DNA of 64,000 nucleotides from an uncultured archaeon (GTDB taxonomy: Archaea > Asgardarchaeota > Lokiarchaeia > Sigyniarchaeales > SOKP01): the NCBI GenBank assembly GCA_964493715.1, contig CAZBPC010000001.1:87032-151031 (forward strand), written 5' to 3'. Both the position numbers and the translations under genes were made by a program. The notes beneath the pieces are model-generated. The model made no database searches. It was not told the DNA's origin and saw only the letters and a program-made list of their open reading frames with translations. Shown here piece by piece: positions 37,212 to 45,311 of the stretch; position 1 is the stretch's first letter, and each line of letters begins with the position of its first letter.

Positions 37212-38066
37212 TTACCAATACCTCCATTTTTTCATGGCATTATAATATAGATATCCAAGTAACAGAATGCTAACTAAGAAGAAAATCATGAGCATTCCAA
37301 CCGCTTCCAGCGAGTTCGGCATGATGATTGTTTCTGCAATCAATAAAGATTCGAAAATTCCCAATAAGATGATGAATCCCAATATAACCAACCATCCGAT
37401 TCCTTTTTTAGAAGCTACGTAATTCGGATTATCTTTCAATCTTCCTTGAACAGGTATCTTGCGATTATCATTGCGATTAAGGGCGGACCTTATCTTCTTT
37501 AGCTGTAATGAAGTTTCTAATACGTCCCCATTCATTCCGTTCTGTAAATGAGAATGGAGTTCTCTTTCTCTTTTTTCAATCTCATCAATGAGGAGATCTC
37601 TCACCATTGAAGAAGAATCATTTGGAGTTTTTCTTGAAAATAAGTTAAAAGACCTAGTATTCGAATAATCTTGTCTTCTTAGCGTTCGGGTAAAGTTATT
37701 AAATTCTGGTATCCTTATCTTGCGAATATCATAATAAAGCGCGATAGCATCTTTTAAATGGTTTTTTGGTAGATTTCCATCTGATTTGAAAAAGAGCGTT
37801 TCAATGATTTTAACCCTATTGATCATATCAGCAGGGATTAGATTGATTCCTAAATGGACGATATAGCGATTTATTCGTTCCAAGAAATAATGGATAAACT
37901 CATCCTTTCTTGGATCTCTCCTACCAATTTCTAATTTAATACCTATCATATCCACATGATTACTAATAAGTTGCAAAGTGGTAGCTGAAAGTTTAGCGTG
38001 ATTACCACTCATTATACATCTTTCCACCAAAGTTTCAAATTTATTATCCATTAAATTCATCATCAT
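37212..38066 (-). CDS. Hypothetical protein, helical cytoplasmic domain plus two C-terminal TM helices
   Basis: Its ATG overlaps the upstream stop by 4 nt, and its TAA abuts the next ATG. C-terminus GIGWLVILGFIILLGIF...VGMLMIFFLVSILLLGYLYY. Confidence 0.5.
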   Translation of the reverse strand: MMMNLMDNKFETLVERCIMSGNHAKLSATTLQLISNHVDMIGIKLEIGRRDPRKDEFIHYFLERINRYIVHLGINLIPADMINRVKIIETLFFKSDGNLPKNHLKDAIALYYDIRKIRIPEFNNFTRTLRRQDYSNTRSFNLFSRKTPNDSSSMVRDLLIDEIEKRERELHSHLQNGMNGDVLETSLQLKKIRSALNRNDNRKIPVQGRLKDNPNYVASKKGIGWLVILGFIILLGIFESLLIAETIIMPNSLEAVGMLMIFFLVSILLLGYLYYNAMKKWRYW

Positions 38067-38863
38067 TGTTTTTTTAACCTCTTGCTATTCTTTCTTTGAG
38101 ATTGAAATTGCTGGTATGCAATTTCGATTTTTTGGTCAACTCTACCTTCTCCTTTTAAAGGTGGCGTCTTGTGGGAACGCGTGATTAATTTTTTTTGTGA
38201 GATTAAAAAGGCATCTTCTTCCGCAATGAGTTGGTCCAAGTTAACAGATTCTTTAACTGCTTGCATTTGAATCCTCTTCTTGGGAATTCTTGAGTGTTGT
38301 TCAAAGGTGGTGGCTACTTTATAACAAAAAAATGCGTATGGAAAAGTCAAGATAAACCCCATACATTGAAAATAGTAGCCAATTCCGATTCCTTGATATA
38401 CATAAATGGAAAAATCACCGTTTTCAACAACCATTCCTGGAAAAAATAACCCATTAGAGAAGAGGATCATAAAAGGAAATATAATTATCATAAGAATTGT
38501 CATAAAGGTAGTTGAGAGGAAGAAATAAGAATTGGATCTAGTTGTTTCCAAGTTAGACACAGTTTCTGGGTTTCTAAATAAAGCGATTACTATCGAACCA
38601 ACTAATAAAAAAACTTGGATAAAACTCATCATTGGTGATATCATGTAATTTTGAGGAATGTATTGATTTAACAAGCTGCTTTCAAGATGTTTGATAGTAG
38701 CCCAACCATTTAAGATTTCATAAGTGCTTTCCATGAGCTTTTGCCCGATATCATTCCGAACTTCCACGGAAAACCATTCTAAAAACAATGAAACGAACGT
38801 GAACAAGAGTCCAATGATAAAAAACAGCTTGAGCAAGTCAGCCGATTTTTCATAAAGTTTCAT
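38063..38863 (-). CDS. Hypothetical polytopic membrane protein (first gene of operon)
   Basis: About 5 hydrophobic segments and a basic C-terminal tail (QSQRKNSKRLKKQ). Confidence 0.5.
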   Translation of the reverse strand: MKLYEKSADLLKLFFIIGLLFTFVSLFLEWFSVEVRNDIGQKLMESTYEILNGWATIKHLESSLLNQYIPQNYMISPMMSFIQVFLLVGSIVIALFRNPETVSNLETTRSNSYFFLSTTFMTILMIIIFPFMILFSNGLFFPGMVVENGDFSIYVYQGIGIGYYFQCMGFILTFPYAFFCYKVATTFEQHSRIPKKRIQMQAVKESVNLDQLIAEEDAFLISQKKLITRSHKTPPLKGEGRVDQKIEIAYQQFQSQRKNSKRLKKQ

Positions 38864-39026
38864 GCAAGAAGATACTTTTAGAGCTATTTAAAAAAAAAAT
38901 CTCTTAGTGAATATATATTCGAGTTAATATCCTAGTTTTTTCTTTTTAAATTAACAACTATAGATTTAAATATATAGCTGTAATGTATTGATCTTGAAAG
39001 ACGTAAATGCAAAAATTATTAACTAT

Positions 39027-39179
39027 GATACGACCATCTGCCACCCTGGATTTTTGTCTTTTGGTAGTGCAATTACTGCACTTTAATTTCGCCCTCCAAG
39101 AGTCGTGATATACACGGAACTGGGGAATCCCCCTTTAATTCTTCAGCGAAAATACTTTTCGCAGGCAGATGGAAGTATC
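39027..39179. ncRNA. Candidate structured non-coding RNA (unclassified), about 153 nt
   Basis: A GC-enriched island in an AT-rich spacer. Terminal helix GATAC..CCATCTGCC (39027-39042) pairs with GGCAGATGG..GTATC (39164-39179). Internal hairpins GTGCAattacTGCAC, GGGGaatCCCC and GCGAAAAtacTTTTCGC. Confidence 0.4.
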
Positions 39180-39293
39180 ACCTTTCATTCAAAAAATATT
39201 AAAAATAATAATTTTTGCACTTTTCTCCTAAAAGTACTGTCAAAATTATGCTTGAGTATATCATTCTAAAATAATTAACTAATGGTAAGTATT

Positions 39294-41474
39294 TTAGTCA
39301 TCCAAAAACGACTGGTATTTAGAAAGAATGGCATTATTTTGATTCAAATCTTGCTCTCTTTCAAATTCAGTTTCTATGGACAAGGGTTTAGTTTCGAATG
39401 GTTCATGATTCCCTTGGTCATTTATCATGGTTACCTTCTCTTTTTTAGGTTCATAAATTGATTTCTTACTTAAGAAAGCCGTGAAACTGTTTTTCTTTAA
39501 TTTAACAGGTTTTTCTACCCTCCTATAAGTTACTTCGTACTCAATTTGAGTCATCCATTCCTCAGAAAATTCCTCGCTTATGAGGATGAGGTCTTCCTTA
39601 GGAAGAACAAAGCGTTTCTCGTAATGGGGAGTCTTAAATTGAATTGTCATGTTGTTAGTTGCTTGAAAATAGCGATAGAAGACAAGTGCAATGGCCCCCA
39701 AATATATAAAAATCAACGCAAATCCTAATGATGTAAACAAGCGCACTAAATCTCCCATTTGCATTGCCAAGAAAAGTGAAAACAAAGCTCCAAATCCTAA
39801 AAAGGGTAGGGAATAATTCTTCGCGTTTCTATAGAACGAATTTTTCATCTTAAGTTGTTTAATGAGCGCGTTTGAAGAGGAGCCTTGAGTTGTTAACAAA
39901 GTGTACTTATGCTCCAAATATTCTATTAACTCTTGTAGTTCCTCCAGTTCGATAAAATGCATATTAGAAGAATATTGATAGGGAAATGGGATGGTTTTCT
40001 CAATGGATGAAACAGATTGATTGGTTATGAGTATCGGATCAATGATGATCTTGTATTCAACGTCTCCTGATGTTATAAAAAGTGGTTTTTGCTTAATACC
40101 TCTCTGAACAAGGATCTCCAATCCAAGGTAATTTGATAATAAAGTGAAAAGAGTCCCTTCATTTGTAAAGCTTTCAAACATTGCATCAGAAACCTTCTTG
40201 AGCTGTCTTAAGTGAGCTTCTGGAATGGAATCTGGAACATATCTTAATGAGGAAGCTTCATTTGTGCTAAGATGCTTCAGGATTCTTTTTTCAGATACCA
40301 TTAGGCAATTTCGAGAGAGGAAGTATTTTATAGGCATGAGTATTATTAAACGGGTGTTATTAGACACCGTAATGACCTTGCATCCCAAAAAGTCAATTCC
40401 CCGTCGAAATTCCCTCATATCTTGTCTATTTAAAGGTATCTCGTGAAATTGTCGATCTTTTGCTATGCTTGAAATTTTTTGATAAAATTGATTCCTCTCA
40501 AATTTAGGTGCTGTTTCTTGTGATGAATTGCGATTTATTTTTGGTATTGATGCTCGAAAGGGTTCGGGTAATTTGATCAATGTATCTTCCATTTCAGGTT
40601 TACTTACAAGAGGTTCCATTTGCAACTTGTTCATATCAGCACCCTTCTTATCAAAATTTACTCTTACACTAGAGCGAAAAACTTGATTTCGAAAGGGTTT
40701 TACCTCATCTTCTTCAATAAAGCAAGGTTTCTCTACTTCAAATTCTTCTTCAATTACTTTCTCTTCATTAATTTTAGGAGGTTGTTCTTCTGATTCAACA
40801 TCTGATGTTAAGGAATCATCCATCTTTTCTTCATTAAGCGAATTTGAAATCATTTCGCTCTCATTTCGTTCTTGATCTTTACTGGCATTAAACCATTCAT
40901 TGAGGTTATTAATAATTACTTTACTTTTATGAGATCGTAACGTTAACCTTTCTTGAGGAAGGAGTCTTTTTGGTTCTGATGTGGAAAGGTCTTGGATATT
41001 GGGGATTGTTTCATATCCATTAGTGCATTCCTTTGCATTCGTTATTATCTTATTTGCGGTAGCGACCCCGATTCCGGGTATGCAAGCTATTTGATCAGAT
41101 GTGGCCCTTGCTATCTCTTGAATGGTATTAAACCCGTTTGATTTCAATTTCAAGGCAAAATTCGGCCCGATCCCTTTCACACTCGTGAGATCTTCACATT
41201 TTTCTTGATTTACTTGAAAATTAATTTTGGATACTTGAAGCTGATTATCATGTAAATTCCTGGACTGAGCAAGTTGGTCCAAAACTTCCTTAAATCTTGC
41301 AGTCCATTCTGCATTTTCTTGAATTTGAGCTTCATTTAATGCATTCTCAGCAAATTTCATCGCTTGCGCGATATGATTTTCATTGACTAACTCTTGCAGA
41401 TTTTCAAATAAAAATGCGAGATCCCATTTTTTATCTACTTGAAGTGTTCCATTCACGCTAACCATAATTTTCAA
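39294..41474 (-). CDS. Hypothetical membrane protein with N-terminal tandem HhH DNA-binding module
   Basis: LTSVKGIGPNFALKLKSNGFNTIQEIARATSDQIACIPGIGVATANKIITNAKE, an acidic linker, a globular middle domain, then two TM helices (LPFLGFGALFSLFLAM..., FALIFIYLGAIALVFY). Confidence 0.5.
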   Translation of the reverse strand: MKIMVSVNGTLQVDKKWDLAFLFENLQELVNENHIAQAMKFAENALNEAQIQENAEWTARFKEVLDQLAQSRNLHDNQLQVSKINFQVNQEKCEDLTSVKGIGPNFALKLKSNGFNTIQEIARATSDQIACIPGIGVATANKIITNAKECTNGYETIPNIQDLSTSEPKRLLPQERLTLRSHKSKVIINNLNEWFNASKDQERNESEMISNSLNEEKMDDSLTSDVESEEQPPKINEEKVIEEEFEVEKPCFIEEDEVKPFRNQVFRSSVRVNFDKKGADMNKLQMEPLVSKPEMEDTLIKLPEPFRASIPKINRNSSQETAPKFERNQFYQKISSIAKDRQFHEIPLNRQDMREFRRGIDFLGCKVITVSNNTRLIILMPIKYFLSRNCLMVSEKRILKHLSTNEASSLRYVPDSIPEAHLRQLKKVSDAMFESFTNEGTLFTLLSNYLGLEILVQRGIKQKPLFITSGDVEYKIIIDPILITNQSVSSIEKTIPFPYQYSSNMHFIELEELQELIEYLEHKYTLLTTQGSSSNALIKQLKMKNSFYRNAKNYSLPFLGFGALFSLFLAMQMGDLVRLFTSLGFALIFIYLGAIALVFYRYFQATNNMTIQFKTPHYEKRFVLPKEDLILISEEFSEEWMTQIEYEVTYRRVEKPVKLKKNSFTAFLSKKSIYEPKKEKVTMINDQGNHEPFETKPLSIETEFEREQDLNQNNAILSKYQSFLDD

Positions 41475-41589
41475 GGATAATTAGTCACAGTCTTATTTAA
41501 AAAAAAAATTGAAAAAGAAAAAAGAGGGGAAGAAACCTCCATACTTTCAACTGCTTCTCTCTTTTTATCTAACAATTTTTCTTTATAAA

Positions 41590-44127
41590 ATGAGGAGGAT
41601 ATTAACTTCTAACGTGTCACTAAAAAAATATGTCAACCTCCAAGAACCTTTATTAGACGAACCACCAGAAATACTTAATTTCATAAAAGATGAGCGACTT
41701 CAACGGGTCCTTTTAGAACACCAAATTTTTACATTACGATCCATTCAGAAAGAAGCAATCGCGAAAGGATTATTTTTTCGAAAATCTTTCTTGGTTTGCG
41801 CTCCGAGCGGGAGTGGGAAGACTCTTATAGGCGAGTTATGTGCGGTTCACGCCATTTTCAATAATTTTGGTAAATCAATATATCTAGTACCTTTTAAGGC
41901 TTTAGCATCCGAAAAATATCTCTCATTCAAGCACGATTATGAGCGTTTCGGTATTCGCGTGGAACTGTCCATAGGAGACCAAGAACCTGAAGAAAAAGCT
42001 TTGGAAGATGCTGACCTAATCATTACCACCTATGAAAAAATGGATTCTATCCTCCGGAATTTTCACGACAAGCAATGGATTTCAGACATAACAACTATAG
42101 TGATTGATGAGATACATGTTATTGACGAGTCGGATAGGGGTCCTCGCTTGGAATCACTTATCGTCAGACTCAACGAATTCTTGCATCAACCTCAAATCAT
42201 AGGACTTTCTGCCACCATTGCAAACCCTGAGTTTTTCAATCAATGGCTTTCTTCACTTGGCAACAAGATGATTTTAATCAAGTCGGACGTTCGACCAGTG
42301 CCGCTTCATTATCAGATTGAAATTTCCCGCAATAAGGATTCTACACTAAAAAAAATCGTAAATGATACCTTATCTCAAAATGGTCAAGTATTGGTGTTTG
42401 TCAACAAAAGAAAGTTAACTCAAAACATTGCCCTCAATCTAAGAATGCTGGTAAAAGGTCATCTAAGTCCTGAAGAACTGAATGAATGCAAAAAAGCGGA
42501 AAGTAGCCTTTCATCGCTTCGAGGAGGCATTCTTGACTTGAGAAAGTCAATTAAGCACGGTGTTGCATTCCATCATGCGGGCTTGCTTCACAAGGAGCGT
42601 AAAGTGGTAGAAGAAGCATTTCGAAAACACTTCCTTAAATTAATAATTTGTACTACAACCTTGTCGGCGGGTATTAACCTTCCCGCTAGGGTTGTAGTTT
42701 TAAGAGATTTCAAGAAATATACCACTTCAGGGCATAACGTCAAGAATTTCGAAGATCTCCACGAAAATGGAGATGGCTTTTCCTATTTCAAGCCATTTTC
42801 GGCCAATGAGGTATTTCAAATGTTGGGAAGAGCTGGTCGACCAGGTTTGGATTCAATAGGACATGGGATCATCCTTGGATGTGATGTAAATGAGAGAGAA
42901 TGGATTGAAGATCACTATTTTTCTGTAGATCCAACCGAAGAAATTGTCCCTAAATATAATAATTTAGGTTCCGGGTTAAATACCATCCATACTCTCAAGG
43001 AGCAAGTTCTACTAAGAATTTACGAAGAAGAAAACATCTCGATGGAACAGTTAAAGAATTTCTTTAAGAAAACGTTCTTTTGGTTTTGTATTCAAGATAA
43101 AATGGGAGATGATGCCATCCCAATAGAGCAGTTATTAATGATCGAAGAAATATCTCCAAAAAACATTTTGAGATTACATTCCCAACCCGAAAAAATAAAA
43201 ACCATCAGGAAGCGATCTTATCCCATAAAAATATCAAGATTCACCAAAGAGGGCATTGGGGGATATGTGAAAACCGATTACGGGGTTCATAACGTCCAAT
43301 TTGATCTTGATAGAGGAATTGAATGTTCTTGTGGATTTGAGAACGGAATGTCAGATGGATATGCAACCACCAAGTTCTCATTTGAGTTTTGCGACCACGT
43401 ACTTGCCTTTTTACTCTATATCTTTGAAATTCCCGACTCTAACTTTCAGAAACACGTGGAAGATGTTATACCCCAGTGTTTAAAGACCCAATACATATTG
43501 AATTACCTTTTTGAGAAGGGATTAATAATCAAAAATGAGAATGGTACCATAAAGTGCTCGCAATTTGGAAAATTAATTATACGTTTATACTTGTATCCCG
43601 TGTCAGGTGTATTAATTCGATCCAAGTTAGAAAATTTCGAGATATCTTCCTATCAAGATATGATAAAGAGCGCCTTTGATATTCTTCGCGCTGAAGCACG
43701 CGTTAGAGATTACCACTTGTTACAACCGCTACTCGAATGGACAGATGAGGAGCCCGTAGACAGCATCATCCAGAAGCACAATATCATGGCAGGTGACCTG
43801 TACAGCTTGAGAGATAATTTAGAGAGAATTATCACTTTCATGGGAATCATTGCCATTCACTTGGCAGATACGGGAAGTGACCTTCAAGATAATTTAATTA
43901 GAGTAGCAGAAATGGCAGAAACATTAAAGATTAGAATCCATTATGGCGTGAGGGAAGAACTATTTGATCTTGTCATGCGTTTGGATAATGTTGCTCGAGT
44001 GAGAGGGCGTATTTTATTCGATGCTGGATACCATACTTCAAATCAAGTGAAAAAGGAGATACCCTCTGTTCTTCACAGAAAAACGGGAATAAGTCTAATA
44101 ATATGTAAAAAATTATCAAGACTATAA
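41590..44127 (+). CDS. Ski2/Hel308-family DEAD/DEAH-box helicase with inserted SWIM-type zinc finger
   Basis: Motifs APSGSGKT, VIDEIH, SATIANP, TTTLSAGINLPAR and MLGRAGRPG, with WH and ratchet-like regions. CSCGF...(n)...FCDHV gives the CxCxnCxH pattern. The listed ORF starts at TTG 41509; ATG 41590 (MRRILTS) is more plausible. Confidence 0.85.
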   Translation: MRRILTSNVSLKKYVNLQEPLLDEPPEILNFIKDERLQRVLLEHQIFTLRSIQKEAIAKGLFFRKSFLVCAPSGSGKTLIGELCAVHAIFNNFGKSIYLVPFKALASEKYLSFKHDYERFGIRVELSIGDQEPEEKALEDADLIITTYEKMDSILRNFHDKQWISDITTIVIDEIHVIDESDRGPRLESLIVRLNEFLHQPQIIGLSATIANPEFFNQWLSSLGNKMILIKSDVRPVPLHYQIEISRNKDSTLKKIVNDTLSQNGQVLVFVNKRKLTQNIALNLRMLVKGHLSPEELNECKKAESSLSSLRGGILDLRKSIKHGVAFHHAGLLHKERKVVEEAFRKHFLKLIICTTTLSAGINLPARVVVLRDFKKYTTSGHNVKNFEDLHENGDGFSYFKPFSANEVFQMLGRAGRPGLDSIGHGIILGCDVNEREWIEDHYFSVDPTEEIVPKYNNLGSGLNTIHTLKEQVLLRIYEEENISMEQLKNFFKKTFFWFCIQDKMGDDAIPIEQLLMIEEISPKNILRLHSQPEKIKTIRKRSYPIKISRFTKEGIGGYVKTDYGVHNVQFDLDRGIECSCGFENGMSDGYATTKFSFEFCDHVLAFLLYIFEIPDSNFQKHVEDVIPQCLKTQYILNYLFEKGLIIKNENGTIKCSQFGKLIIRLYLYPVSGVLIRSKLENFEISSYQDMIKSAFDILRAEARVRDYHLLQPLLEWTDEEPVDSIIQKHNIMAGDLYSLRDNLERIITFMGIIAIHLADTGSDLQDNLIRVAEMAETLKIRIHYGVREELFDLVMRLDNVARVRGRILFDAGYHTSNQVKKEIPSVLHRKTGISLIICKKLSRL

Positions 44128-44136
44128 GGTGAGAAA

Positions 44137-44424
44137 GTGTCTTACGAAGCCGATGATGATCCCTTGTTTGCTCCTAGAAAAAAACAAATAAAAATACGGG
44201 AATTTTTAGTCATAGAGAAAGAAGAAAAAGGAAATACTAATTATATCATAAAATCATTTGGATCTTCTAAGGAAGAGGCATTGGATGCACTTTCATTTCT
44301 CAAGAACGCAATTAATTCATTTAACAAGTTATCCCCTTTACAAAAAATCGAATTTTGTAAAAGCCAACGAACATTAATTAAATTATATCTAAAACTATTA
44401 AACCAAAAAAATAATCATTTATAA
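44137..44424 (+). CDS. Hypothetical small protein, likely co-transcribed with the helicase
   Basis: GTG start 9 nt after the helicase stop, preceded by GGTGAG. No recognisable motif. Confidence 0.4.
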   Translation: MSYEADDDPLFAPRKKQIKIREFLVIEKEEKGNTNYIIKSFGSSKEEALDALSFLKNAINSFNKLSPLQKIEFCKSQRTLIKLYLKLLNQKNNHL

Positions 44425-44462
44425 TTATTTAACGGATGCCTTACATGGAATAATAGAATATT

Positions 44463-44723
44463 TTATTTTTTTTTTTTGAAAAAAGTTTGAATGAAAATAT
44501 AATCACGACAGGCACTTTCAAACTCGATTCGTAATAAAGCCTTGAAAAGAGGATCCCGCTTGGATAGAGGCAAAGATCTTGAATCATCGTTACCCTTCCT
44601 AGATCTGTGGAGGAATTCAGAATGGGGGATAATGATTTTGGATAGATCCTTTTCCAGCGGGAGATCCTCTGCGTGCTCCGTATCCGATAAAATTTTTCGA
44701 AATTTTTTTCCGTGAGAACTCAT
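44463..44723 (-). CDS. Hypothetical small basic protein
   Basis: An 86-aa ORF downstream of and co-directional with the Hef-like operon. No motif. Confidence 0.3.
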   Translation of the reverse strand: MSSHGKKFRKILSDTEHAEDLPLEKDLSKIIIPHSEFLHRSRKGNDDSRSLPLSKRDPLFKALLRIEFESACRDYIFIQTFFKKKK

Positions 44724-44781
44724 GAATATAAATCCTAATAGATCTATATAAATAACAAAAAAACAAAAAAAGAATTTTCAA

Positions 44782-45306
44782 TTAAGTACTTTTTAAAATA
44801 TAATCTTCATTTCGGTTCATGAGATGTCCCTCTTTCAAAGCTCGCCTCATTAGGTTGGCAAATTCTGATTGAGGAATGTGTTTATTTTCTGCCATAATTT
44901 CAATGATATATTTTGGAAAAGTTTTATACATCTCAGAGAGTTCTCTTAACATTAAGATAAACGAATTAAACATTTGCTCATCTTTATCTTCATTTTTTGA
45001 TGGTAATATAGAAACATCACTCACATTACTCGAAGCAATCTTAAATCCTCCTTCTGAAACAAAATCAGGCTCTCCTTTCAGTTCTTGTCGACTAAATTCA
45101 TGTTGTAAACGTTTTGTTCTATTTACCGCATTTGTCATTCCATTAACTAGCTCTGATTTATTTAAGAGGCTCTCGACTTTATGAGAATGCCCACAACGTA
45201 AACATTTTTTTGTCTTTTGCGTTGTTTTTACATAACTAAACTGGTGACATTTATGGCATGCAAATATCAGGTATGGGGTCTCATCTCGCTTCCATTCTTC
45301 TTCCAT
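44782..45306 (-). CDS. Zinc-ribbon protein (DUF1922-like) with C-terminal helical domain
   Basis: YLIFACHKCHQFSYVKTTQKTKKCLRCGHSHKV has the CxxC...CxxC ribbon. It starts 5 nt downstream of the Hef-like gene stop. Confidence 0.5.
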   Translation of the reverse strand: MEEEWKRDETPYLIFACHKCHQFSYVKTTQKTKKCLRCGHSHKVESLLNKSELVNGMTNAVNRTKRLQHEFSRQELKGEPDFVSEGGFKIASSNVSDVSILPSKNEDKDEQMFNSFILMLRELSEMYKTFPKYIIEIMAENKHIPQSEFANLMRRALKEGHLMNRNEDYILKST

Positions 45307-45311
45307 TCATT

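Noticed and set aside
39027-39179. Structured element as tRNA, 5S rRNA, SRP RNA, RNase P RNA or C/D-box sRNA
   Set aside because: It lacks the cloverleaf and T-loop GTTCRANYC, the 5S loop motifs, the SRP GNAR and conserved domain IV motifs, the RNase P CR-I/CR-V sequences, and a correctly placed RUGAUGA/CUGA pair. It is kept only as an unclassified candidate.
41509-41589. TTG-initiated 27-codon extension of the Hel308-like ORF
   Set aside because: It is a Lys-rich and hydrophobic low-complexity peptide from an A-rich promoter region. The first ATG (41590) gives a normal helicase N-terminus. The start remains uncertain.
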